The translations under genes were made by a program, and so were the position numbers. From Podarcis liolepis (Eukaryota), in NCBI GenBank assembly GCA_965112155.1, contig OZ218102.1: a stretch of DNA of 64,000 nucleotides; one strand, 5' to 3'. Shown here piece by piece: positions 39,761-51,577 of this stretch. The notes under the pieces were generated by a model. It made no database searches. It was not told the origin of the DNA and saw nothing but the letters and a program-made list of their open reading frames with translations. Each line of letters opens with the position of its first letter. Position 1 is the stretch's first letter.

Positions 39761-40075
39761 CTCTGAGGAGACCATTCCATAGATGGGGTCCTGCCACCAA
39801 GAAGGCCCTCATCCTAGTCACCTAGTCACCATCCACCACAACCTCATTCAGTGGGGCAACCTGAGAAGAGCTTCTGGCAATGATCAAAGTAAACTGAAGG
39901 GATACATTCCCAGTGTCCAATCCCCATTAGCAATCTTGCAGTTGTATTCTGAATGAACTTCACTATTTTGGATAATCTTCAAAGGCAGCCCCATGCACAC
40001 CTCATTACAGTAGTCTAATTTTGAGGTTACCAGACCATGGATAAGCATGACAAAGCTGTTTTGTCTAGAAGGAGT
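39757..40075 (-). mobile_element. Old L2 fragment
   Basis: ccattccatagatggggtcctgccaccaagaaggccctc and cattacagtagtctaa (LDYCN on the minus strand). Confidence 0.7.
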
Positions 40076-40139
40076 TACAGCTATTGTGAGGTTTGTACGC
40101 TGTTCATGTATTCCATCTGGGTTTTTTTAGAATGTAGGT

Positions 40140-40620
40140 GTAAATCCTTTAAGTTCCTCACCGCTGTTGCCAATTTGGACCAAGTCAGGTTTCCTTTTGC
40201 CAGCAAACTGCCTTTGAATTTTATCGTTGTTCACTCCACAAACAAACCCCTCTCTCAACATATCCTCCAGGACATTGCCAAGTGAGCAGCGTGCAGCTAA
40301 CTTTTTGAGTTCAGCCACATATTCGCCACATACTCAGATATATACTTCCCTTCCCTTCTTATCCCATAATGGAATTTAAAACATTCTGCAGTAATGTTAG
40401 ACTGTGGGGTATAATGTTCTGTTACAATCTTCTGCAGATCTGCCAGATTTTGTCTTCTGGCGTCTGAGATTGCAACAAACTTCTCAAGAGGGAGCGTGTT
40501 TTACAGAAGAAGACTGGCTTCCGTTTGTCCTGATCATTAAAACAGTGGCCTAATCTTTCAACATATTGCTGCCAAATTCTCATTCTCTGGATCAAACTCT
40601 TCAACTTCCCAATAAGCTTG
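40140..40620 (-). mobile_element. Decayed Ty3/Gypsy LTR-retrotransposon gag
   Basis: Across frameshifts: LIGK/EEFDPENEN/WQQYVERLGHCF...LLRSLLQSQTPEDK/LADLQKIVTEHYTPQSNITAECFKFH.../EYVAELKKLAARCSLGNVLEDMLREGFVCGVNNDKIQRQ, a typical Gypsy Gag signature. Confidence 0.8.
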
Positions 40621-41194
40621 CTTGGATTTCTTACTACTTCTTTTATATAGGAACACCTTTTCTGTATAAAAATAAAACTTCTACTCACTTTATTTACAGT
40701 CTAACAAAACAGGTTGTTTATTGCTGGAATAGCATAGGACAGAATTGGAAAGGAACCACATAGAAAAGTTTAAGGATGGAGTCTTGTTCAACCCCATAAT
40801 AACATATTTAACTCCATAATCATCAGAGGACTATAGTTATGGTTGCATATTATTTCATATGTTGCCAGTTAAAAAAATTAGGAATATTTCTACTGATCAT
40901 GGATCTCTCACCCACACTCTACTGTAGATGGTAGAACTATGTTATTCCCTTACTCCTCATATCCAAATGACTAACATTCTGCCTAATGTAAAAAACTGTA
41001 CAGTTTTTTCAGATCATCCAAAACAATATGTGTTTTACATATCCAAATGACACTGGAAGCAAGTTTAATAGTATGTAATATCTGATTGTTACTCTAGTGA
41101 CCTTGAATGAGCAGAAACCAGGTAACATGAAGATTGTGTTCTCTCCCACAAGTCTACCCATGTATTAAGACTAGTTTCAATGGTCTTCTGATAA

Positions 41195-41417
41195 CTGCTG
41201 AGTGGGGAGATAGGGTCTACCCCAGCTTTGGAATTCCCTCCTTATGGAAATTCACCTGACATCTATTCTGCTATCTTTTGGACACACCTGATGAAACTCT
41301 TTCAATTTTCCTAAGCCGTGTTAACTTTTTTGGTTATAGTTTTCAGGTTTTTACTGCAAAATGCTCTGGGGATTCTTGGATTGAAGGCTAGGATAAGAAA
41401 TGCTTAAAATAAATAAC
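41195..41417 (+). mobile_element. Old L2 3' end
   Basis: ccccagctttggaattccctcc (LWNSLP-like) and terminal gctaggataagaaatgcttaaaataaataa. Confidence 0.5.
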
Positions 41418-42589
41418 ATGTTCTAAGACTGGTTTCCAATATGGTAAAAAAATCTTTTGATAGTTCCATAAAATATGAGCAAGATTAGCTCACAGTCATC
41501 TCCATCTCCATCTCCATCTCCATCAGATGTGGTACCCTTAGTGTATATAATCTGCATAATCTAAACAGAGTAAAGTGTTATCTGTACTAGATTTTATATT
41601 TAAAACCTTCCCCCCATGTTCATACACAATACTAATCAAGGTGTGTGTTGCCATAATCAGATCCAAGAGTCATCTGTAGTAATTATACTTTGTATACCTT
41701 TTGAGTTACTACTAGAAATGAATGTTTCTTAATAATATACAGAAACATAAGTAATCTATGGGTTTTATCAAACTTCATGATAGATTAGAACCACTGAAAT
41801 CAATGGATAGAGGTTAGTCATGAATAACTTGTCCATGAATTTCCATGAGTATATTCTGATTATGACTAAAATATAATAAGAGCCTATTGGATCAGGCTAA
41901 AGGCCAGTGGCAAAACAAGAAGCCTTCAGGAAAGCAGACCCTGAATACAAAAGCACTCGCCCTTTCCTGTGGTTTCCATTAACTAGTTAAATACTAACCT
42001 AAAAAGCTCTTCAATTTAGTATACATTTTAATACTACTGACCTGTACTAGCAAGTCTAATGGGATATAATATTTCTATTTCTCAAATAAAGTAATATCAT
42101 CAGCAGATTTAGTTTTTAAAAGTCACCCCTGCCCACTTTTGTCTGTTCAGTATTAATGTTGTCTCCAATAGCAATGGTTAAAAGGCTCCTGTTGATAAAA
42201 TGGAAAAATGGAGAAAGTTGACATCCTAGTTTTGAACCTCTGTGCAACCAAAAAACATCTGACAAAAACCCGTATCATTTTTAATGCTTCCCAGATGGTT
42301 AACCAACTCATGTCTGGTGCTGTATTTATATATTAAAAAATGCTCTGATCCTTCTGACACATTATGACTATCTCCTCATTCTGTAAGAAATAAGTTATAT
42401 AGGCACCACATTCTATCTGTTGACTCACTACATTCTGTTTTCTACTCCAATATTAAGGGAGCAGATCCACATATATCTACAGGTTTATTGCTACCTTGCT
42501 CACTTTGGGGGTCAAGCCTGATTGTAGTTCTTATCCACTGTTACATTTAGTACTTACATTCACAAATGGCACCAACAACCGTAGAAGAG

Positions 42590-42681
42590 AGTGTCTTGTG
42601 AAAATGGTCTTGTGAAATGCGAATTGAAATGTTCTGTAGTGTCTTGTGAAAATGGTCTTGTGAAATGTGAATTGAAATGTT
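42590..42681. repeat. Tandem duplication, 44 bp unit with 48 bp period
   Basis: agtgtcttgtgaaaatggtcttgtgaaatg(c/t)gaattgaaatgtt occurs at 42590-42633 and 42638-42681 with one mismatch. Confidence 0.95.
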
Positions 42682-42802
42682 TAAGTGCAAGGTGGCAAGA
42701 GTGCTATAAAAGTATGACTCTGAAGCATTAGAAATAGTCTCAGATGGAACTGTGACATCAGATAGGATGGCCATGGTGGAAAAGAGGGTTAAAAAACTGA
42801 TA

Positions 42803-43020
42803 CAGTGGAACCTCGGTTGTTGAATGTAATCCGTTCCAGAAAGCCATTTGACTTCCGAAACTTTCGACAACTGAGGTGCAATTGCTGGTCGGCAAAATCC
42901 ATTGAAAAAATGGAGAAATGTGCCTCGAAAGTCGAAAACGGAAGCATTCACTCCGGGTTGTCGGTGTTCAAAAGTTGAAACATTTGACTTCCGATGCATC
43001 TGACAACCAAGGTTCCACTA
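42803..43020. mobile_element. Tc1/mariner (Tigger/pogo-like) MITE
   Basis: TIRs cagtggaacctcggttgt / acaaccaaggttccacta flanked by TA on both sides; CpG-rich interior. Confidence 0.88.
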
Positions 43021-43199
43021 TATAGAGAGAGTCACTTCCCGGGCCCTCACACACCAATTCAACAATTCCTGGCTACTGCATATTATTGTTATTGTTATTA
43101 CTTTGGTTTGGCAATCATTTCTATTGCATTCTGTTATTTATTTGAACTTATTACATATTTAAACATATACAAGACTAAAGAAAAAAGTATACATTTTAA

Positions 43200-43510
43200 C
43201 GTTTAAAAAAACTTTGGTTTGTGTGTGTGTAAAAACCAAAGAAGAAAATGTGAATGGACTTCCTTTCCTCTCTTCAGGGTTCTTTTTGTTAGCCTTCCTA
43301 TCTGGATCTTCTGAGATTTCCAAACCCATCTTGTTACCTCTCTTAACCTCCTGTTTTAGTTTAAGCAGATGAACTTTATACAAAACCTGCTAAACTTTTC
43401 ATCTATGTATACTGGTTTCTTATATAATCTATAAATATTTTCCAATCCTCTTTGTATATTTTATCTTCCTGTTTCTTATTCTGCTGGCTACTTTAATTTC
43501 TGTATGTTGC
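43200..43510 (-). mobile_element. Probable L1 LINE ORF2 C-terminus and 3' UTR relic
   Basis: Minus strand reads RIRN/QEDKIYKEDWKIFIDYIRNQYT*MKSLAGFV*, resembling squamate L1 ORF2 ends as I recall them. Confidence 0.5.
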
Positions 43511-44029
43511 TTTTACTCGATTTTATAACTTTGTTGTTTTTATTGTGGTGGTTTTCTTACTTATTGTATACCACCTTGGTATCATTTAAATGTGAGATTG
43601 TATACAAATATTTTATTTTAAATAAATAAAATAAAAACATTTTATCTTCATGGTTCAGGGATAGATTACCATCCCCTCAGTCAGAATGACTAGTGACCCT
43701 ACAAATTTTTCTTTTTCCCCGCTATGTCAGATAAAACAGTGCATGCTTGACTACAGTTACTTCTTTTTCTACAGATGCTTCTTGCAGCATGATACAATTT
43801 TTTACCAGATTTGTAAGTAGATTCCAGGTCCACTAAAATGAATAGGACCTTTGTCATTGACTTCCATGGGATGTGAATTGCACCAGTTTGCCTAAGTTGG
43901 TGGCCATCGCTGCATTTTATGGTAATGATTGCCATTGTTTAACTATGCACTCTATGAAGATGTCTTTCCTATTGTATGTCCTTATTCTTCCACCACTCAG
44001 CTTCATTGGATGATGCTGGGTTCTAGCAT

Positions 44030-44450
44030 TATGAGAGAATAGGAAAAAAACCTCCTCTCTATCCACTTTCTCCACGCCAACTCTTTCATGCCCCTGCTTA
44101 CTTTTCCTGAACTAAAATGCCCTAACTGTGTTTTTTCTTATAGGAGAGTTATACATCCCCCCTGATAATTTTGGTTGCCCTTTTCTGAAACTTTTCAGGT
44201 TCTACAGCATCCTTTTTGAGATGCATTGACCAAAACTATATGGAACTATAAAGACATTTCAATATTGAAAATTTTGTTTTCTATTGCCTTCCCAACGATC
44301 CCCAACATAGATCTTGCCTTTTTCACAGCTGCCTCACACTGGGCTGACATTTTCTTTGAACTGTCCACCATGACCACAATAACTCTTTCTTGGTCAGTCA
44401 CCACAAGGTCAGACTCCTTCAACACATATGAGCCCCTCCAGCCTAGTGTT
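44030..44450 (-). mobile_element. CR1 LINE ORF2 C-terminal fragment
   Basis: ORF 44246..44488 contains VDSSKKMSAQCEAAVKKARSMLGIVGKAIENK, a CR1 motif. Confidence 0.8.
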
Positions 44451-44694
44451 TTATTGTGGGTATGTTCTGCACAGTGTTCTTGACACAATACAACACATCA
44501 GTTGTATATTTATTCTGCTTTATGAGTTGTTCTGCAATGCTTGTCCACTGCTGCTACTGTCTGTAGGGGCTATAATGCAACAAAAACAGAACCCCTCAGA
44601 ACATTTGTGTTATAAAAAGTTACAGGATTTCATAAGGAAGTTACATAAGCATTGAGAAATCAAGCAGTATGACCACTCCAAAACTTAAACTTAA

Positions 44695-44900
44695 GTTAAA
44701 AAGCACTGGTCTCAGTGCCAATCCTTGGGAGAACCCACTGTTTATATCTGGCCATTGTGAGTACTGTTCATTTCTTCCTACTCTCTTTTCCCTGTTCTTT
44801 AGCCATTTACCATAAAAGTAATCCATAAAAGGATGTCTCCCATTTATCCTATGGATAACTCGGGAGTTTTTAGCAAGGAGATTTATGAAAAGCTTTTTGA
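44695..44900 (-). mobile_element. CR1 LINE RT fragment
   Basis: WLKNREKRVGRNEQYSQW..NSGFSQGLALRPVLFN is a degenerate SGVPQGSVLGPVLFN. Confidence 0.75.
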
Positions 44901-45959
44901 AACTTCTTGTATACAACATCTACTTGAATATCCTCTCAAATATTTTTAAAAGGTTAGACTTACCTTTGGATCCAGGGCAGTGTTATCTTACTACTAAGAA
45001 TAACATTCCATTTTTAAATTTTATTTTTATTTTATTGGTTGATTGGCAAGTTGTAGGCAATTGTGGCAGTTCTCTGGAATGTTCAGTGTAGAACTGAACT
45101 ATGACGGCCTTTCTCTTCAAACTAAAACTGTGTTCCAGGCCTTCAATGCCTTTGGTGCAACAGAGCACTGGATATATTCCATGCCTTTGCCATTTCGTTA
45201 AATGTTTGCTTTCCTGGAAACACCAGAACGACTCAGGACTGAGTGATGGGTGTGTTTACAAGTCAACAGGTGGGAAAGAGAGAAATGAAACTGCCACAAG
45301 GGTTGAAAACTCACAGGAAATTGATTGCTTGTTGTTGCAAGAAAGGCATGGGTCCCCATTGCTAGTTCAAAAGTGCACTCCAGTTGTTTGACAGGCAAAT
45401 CAAAGGGAAGGCCATACAGTGTGGCAAAAGTGTTTGATCACAAAACCAGCAGCACAGGCTGCAAGCCTGAGGGGAGCCCAAAGACCGCATGCAGAACAGA
45501 AAGTGCTAACAGTAGCCAGAGGAGCAACTCCTACAGCTGCTGTAGTCTCCTGTACAGACAATCCACCGTCCTAATAGACATGCTGCTCTCCCAACCTGAC
45601 GAGCCCATCAGATAGGAATTGTGAAAATGGCACCAGTTCATTCTGCACCCTTTCACCATCTGGCAAAACCCAGGAAAACAATTAATGGCTATCAGTGCTT
45701 GCAAATCCAGCACATGGTCTGGAAAGAATTGCAAAGAGAGATAAATAATGTGCTATATCTTATTATTTCAATGGCTCTTCCTTTTCCAGGCTCAAGTACA
45801 GGAGAAGACTAGCAGGCCAAGTGGAGTGGGAGCAGCAGGGAAGAGGGAGAAAGGAAAAGGATTAAGAATACAAAAGGAGACCAGGCAAGAAGTGCATCTC
45901 AGGGACAAGTCAAAGCAGGGGGAAATGCTAACCCTCAAAGTGTCCTCAACTTAAGCTTC

Positions 45960-46315
45960 ATTAAAACAAAACAATAATGATCTAAAACAGCACATGAAGG
46001 GAGGGGATAGGAGATCATGACAAAACAGAGAAATCAAAAAGTATAGACAAACAAAAAATGTCTCAGTTGAAAAGATATCAGATAGCACCAGGCAAATCTC
46101 TCTCAGTAGAAAGTTCTGAGATGGGGCACCACAACTGAAAAGGCCTTATTTCTCCAGTCATCATCTGCCCTAATTCCAGGGGCAGGGGGACCTACAGAAG
46201 GCCTCTGAGGAGGATCTTAATGTTGAAGCAGATTCATATGGGAGAAGAGAGTCCTCTAGATCCCCAGCTACCAAGCCGTTTAGTTCAAAACAGCACTTTG
46301 AATTGTGCTTGGAAA
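45960..46315 (-). mobile_element. Old L2 3' fragment
   Basis: ggggcaccacaactgaaaaggcc and cagcactttgaattgtgcttggaaa match the young L2 at about 51765-51965. Confidence 0.65.
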
Positions 46316-49300
46316 TTTCCAGTCTGAGTTCAGTTGAGGAAAAGTCAGTTTAAAAAGTCTTGGGTGAGCCAGAGGGTAGAATTCACAGGCATTTCTCACC
46401 TGCTGATGTTCTTGCCTGCACTCCACCGAACCCAGAATTAAAGTGTTCTCAGACAAACTCAGAGTTGAAAATCCTGAGTTGCCTCTTTACGTACAAGTTC
46501 TGCCCTGGGAATAAAAAGCAATACACCTGCCAGTGCTGGAAATTAGTGCTATGAAGTAGCAGGTGAGTGGCTGATTTGATCCTCAAAACTGTACCCCCAA
46601 TTCATAAGGAGACATATGCTTGGTGTTCTGCAGGGGTCTTTGGCAGCCCAATTAATTGTTTTACTCAAGTACAACCAGGTTTCCACCTTTTCCTGTTAGA
46701 CCAGCTCTAAATTCTGCCTGTAATCAGAAATGAGCTGGTTATTTTCTTTCTTTTTTTGCTAGCTATAGTTACACCCTGAGTTTGTAGCCTGGGGTCAAGC
46801 TAACCAAACTTCTGGGACCACCAGCAGGGCTATCCAATACACTTTAATTCTCTCGGGTTTACTCTGGTCTAATGTATAAGGTTCATGATAAATGGTGAGA
46901 ACCCTGTCTTTCACTGGAAACAAAACTAAAGCTTTTCATTCACCTGCCTGCAGAGGCGGCCTGGGAAAACATGAGGGAGAGAGCAGTCCTAATGGCTTTG
47001 AAACCACAAGAGAAAAACAATCCCTCCTCAAACTTTGCTTGTTCAACAAAATAGTTTCCTGAACTACCATAGCAATAATAACTTCAGGCAGAGAAAGAAG
47101 ACTACCAAAACCAAAACTAGCTTATCTCCGCCACCTTGCCCTCTCCACCAGTGCCAATCCCACTGCCCAGGAATGGTGAAAGGGCGCCGGAGGGAAATTG
47201 GCTGCCAGGTTTTCCATCTCTGCTGTTGTTTACATGGAACTGTCTGAAGTCTCGTTCAGCAGAATAAGAGAAAACGAGCCTTTTAATTCCCCAATAAACT
47301 CTGTGCCACAGTGTGAGTCATTGTTTGCTTTTTTTACATTGGCTGGGAAGGGCCTTCTGGTTTTAATAACTAATACTGCTGAGTTCAATAAAAAGCCTTT
47401 AATTTAATTTAGCCCAAGCTTTGATTAATGCCAGCTTCCCCAGGAATTTTATCTTTGCTTTAACTTGAGTCACCATGTTAAATAGGAGGGGAAAAGGAGA
47501 CAGAAAGGGACAGGAGTCAATTAGTTCCTGTGCTCATTTCTGGGTAAAAGGCTGGAAAATGGAAGATTGACAGGTAAATGCCAAGAGTCAAATCCTTGTT
47601 CCTCTGAGCAGTTTATTCACAGAGAATCTAATGTTTTCCTTTGTCTTGAGGGGGGGAAACTCCACACTGAACGGTTCACAGTTCAGTTTGGAAAATACAA
47701 TATTCCGGGGCCAATTAAGATCAGATTTCCTTGCTGGAAGTATATTGCTTTTAATGTGTTAATATTCCAGAGATATGCTACTGTATAATTGGACACAGAG
47801 AGCCCTTAAAACTAGAATGTTAAAACATTAAAACAGACAATCTTGTGCATGGACCTGTAAACAGTTACAGAGGGGAAAGATCTGAGAAAAGCCCAAGAGG
47901 AGACCGTCTTCTCTCCTCCATCCCATGTGCGTATGAGAAAAATTGGTGTGTTTTTATGCTGCACTTAAAAGAACACAGCAAGAGAAGTAATACTGCACAG
48001 ACTAGAAGTGCCAGAACAGTCTGTGAGTGTGAGGAACATGAGATTCTTCTCCTAGGCCTTGGCATCATATCTGGATTTGCCTTGTTGAATCCGCTCAGAT
48101 GGTAAATGGATAGCTCTCTTGCAAAGGTCTATCAGTTACATTCCTCCTTCTGGTAATGCAATTTCTTCCTTTCTGCTATAAGGAACAGTGTGGGAAAACT
48201 GCATTTTCGAGAACTAATAGTTAGAAATCGCATTAAGTGCAGGCAGCTTAGGGTAAGGAATTAAAGGTTCTGCAGGGAAACAATCTAATGATTGCAAGCA
48301 GCACAGACAGGCACATTGTTTTGGTCCCTTTGTTTTCAGGTGCCACATGGCCAAACGGACTGGTTAGTCACATTTGCTCTAGCACAAATGACCTCGTGTA
48401 AGCAGGTAACTTCACTTGCAAAATGAAGCTGCCTACCTCTTGGCACAGTGCCCAGCATGCAGTCACCAGAGCCAGAAAGCCTACCAACAGGTCAATGAGC
48501 TAAACAAGCATGCAGTATGTTCAGGGCAGATGGACTGCATACTAGTAGCAAGAAGATGTGATGGGTGAAAGGGGTGTCTCTTACAAGACTTAACATGGCT
48601 AAATATATTTTAACAGAGATTTCCGAGCTTCTTTCTCATCTCAGGAAACATGGGCATGCCCTCTCTCTTGCATACACTCAGTTCTACAGAAGTCTGTCAA
48701 ATCTGTGACCCACATATGTATGGTGACAAAAAATGCATTAAAATCTGCTTCCATTTCACCTAAACAATCTGGTGCAAAACAGTGGGCAAGCTTATTTATA
48801 GGCCAGAGCTACCACCATCCTCTCTAAAAGAAGGTAGATCCTGCTCACCATTCCGTTATCAGATTGCTGTCCTATATTTCTTGGCTCTTTTCAATGACTT
48901 TTTAAAGTCATAGTGTGCATGTCTGAAAAAGTGTCAAGACAAGACGTGTGATTCTTGTTCTAATACTTGAATCTTCCACTTCTATACATGATGGAAAGAT
49001 GATGACAATTATTTATGAGCACAGTAGAGGCCTATTAGTGACCATCTGCACCATCCTGGTGTCTTCAAATCATTACAACTGAAAGTGTTGCTATATCTAT
49101 GCAACTATCTTATATTTAAGCCTTGCTAGAAAACTGCTACCAGACCTGAGCTTCAGGGATATAAAGGGCAGCAAATAAAAATGAATAATAACATTATTAA
49201 ACACATCCCCAATCATGTATGGTGTTGACTACCATAAAATTTCAAAATGATAATTAAACAACATGCAGGAGAAGTCTCAGATTATAGGTGCACACCCCGT

Positions 49301-49654
49301 CATGGGAGGGTATATAAGCTGGCAGAGGTTCAGGGTCTCCCTGTTGCTGCAGCTGCTCCATACAGCCTAGACCTATGTAAAGCTGCCTAGAGGCTTAGAA
49401 GAATGTGTGCATGTGTATCTGGAGCACTCTGGAAGCTGCTGCAAGTGTTCCTCCTGTCAATAAGGAGTTAGCTATCAGAAGTGTGCCTTCCTTGGCTGTG
49501 GAGGGCCAGGACACCTGTTCAGTTATAAACCAGGGGATGTGCATGAGAGATTCTGTTTTTATATATATAAAAAGAAAAAGTATTTCAAGTGAGGAGAATT
49601 GAATCTTCCCTTACTGCACCACACGCCTTCACTGCAGGATTTTCTCTTAATTTT

Positions 49655-50210
49655 CTCATTTTTCCAATCTTAAATTTAGGCCTGCACAGTTCCACATCAC
49701 TTTGCTTGGGTTTTTTGGGTTTTTTAAAGTTCTAATGAAAATTCATCAGCATTTCAGTATGTTTTTCTCCTAATTTACACGTATTTGCATGCAGTTTCCC
49801 CTAATATACACCTTTTTGCAGAGCGGTTTCCTTAATAAAATACACCATGGGCATAGCGATGGGGAGGCAGGGAGGGGCAGCTGTTCTCCTAAATTAACAA
49901 AAATAAATATAAATGCATAGCTAACTGAGGTTCTGCGCCCCCCCCATCAAAAAGCATAACCCCCAACAAAAATCCTGCCTACTCCCATGCAATACACTCC
50001 TGTATGTTATTTTCACAAATATATCTATCTTTATGCACACTTTCCCTCCAGTTTACGCATTTCTGTACACATTATTTGACTGCATTGCAAAATTTGGAGA
50101 AGTGCACATGTCAAAGGATGGCTGTTTTGGTTCATGTAGTTTTTTCAGAAAGTGCAAATCTGCTAGGCCGGTTCACCTTTAAAAGCGAATTTTTATCCCA
50201 TCTCTACTAG
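49655..50210. mobile_element. Family D AT-rich element, interrupted by a nested MITE
   Basis: Collinear with 16610-16995 on both sides of the insertion. Confidence 0.7.
49846..49989. mobile_element. hAT MITE nested in family D
   Basis: TIRs catgggcatag / ctactcccatg; TSD aaatacac (49838-49845) and caatacac (49990-49997). Confidence 0.8.
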
Positions 50211-51532
50211 TGGGCAAATTCACACATTTTTCGGAAAGATTAGTCACAACAAACAGAGAAACAGTCCAAACAAACTCTCAGATTCTTACTGGGCAAGTAA
50301 AGTTCCATGTTCTTTAACAGCCCAAACGTACGTTCTTGTATAATTGCAAGGCAAGGCTACACTCTCAAGACAGCTGGTTATTGCTTAGATAAGGATGTCT
50401 GTAGCCAACTAACACTTGAGGCAGAAGAATAGGTTCGAAGCTTGCATCTGAATTATACGTCCTCGCCACAAGAGGTTTATCAAAATCAGAGTTTGCAAGC
50501 ACTTGAACTTGGGACAGTATTTGCTTAATGGCTCCAAATCCCATCTGGCACTTTTCAGCCCCAAAGAACCTGTCATGTGAATCCTTTTTTCATGCATTAG
50601 TGATAGGGGATATTACAGCACTTAAGTCTTTGATAAAGCATCCCTAGTACTTTGCCAGCTCAATAAAAGATAGAGCGTCTTTCTTTGTCTTCTTTCCAAC
50701 CCACTGTCATTTGTAGGGAACTTGAGCCTTTCCCAATCACATTTGGCCACTTGGGCGGAAAGCCCATCTTACCCAGAATTGTGTGTGTGTCATGTATACA
50801 GTACTCCCATAAATGGCTAAATATAGCAATCTCTCTTGAGGTTCCATGCACAATTCTATGAATGTACAGTCATCTAGCATAGAAGGAATTGCAGTAAAGT
50901 CATGCAGAATCATACTGGTGACAAAGGCAACTTTTGCTGTATTTTGGACTCGATAAATTTGCTAAAAGGTTTTGGTCAAATCAAGGGTGGTCCTCCTGAA
51001 TTCACTGCTTATTATCAAACTAGTCCTAAGTGTGCAGTGGAAGAGATATATCTGGAACTGAGGTCCCCTTCATTTTCCACTATGTATTGAACTTCTTGAA
51101 TCTAAATATATTTTAAATTGTAAACCACTTTGGGTGTCTTGGCAGACACACGGTATATAAATGTAACAAATAGACATCCTGCATTTTATCTCCTTTTAAA
51201 AAAATAAACCTGCCTCCATTCAGTGCAGGAAAGATTCAGATCACAGCCCCTAAATATATATTTTTAGAAGAAATTAAATGAAATTAGGAAGGAAGGTTCA
51301 TAAAGTGATAAGCTAACATTAGGGAAGAACAAAGGAACAGCTTTGCAGCTGCTTTACACTCTCATGTGTATTCAATCCAAATATTTATTTTAATATCAAA
51401 GATTTGCAAAAAGAGTGTAGGCATGGAGGCTGGGAGCTTTGTGTTGCTTCACGTAATCACAGTACAAACAAAATCCTGTAGAGGCCTGTGACACTCTAAT
51501 GCAACTGCTTATCACAAAAAATCACTAAAATA

Positions 51533-51577
<45 letters not shown>

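Noticed and set aside
42547-42999. 150-aa ORF with repeated NISI.ISQDHFHKTL
   Set aside because: Produced by reading through a Tigger-like MITE and the 48-bp tandem duplication.
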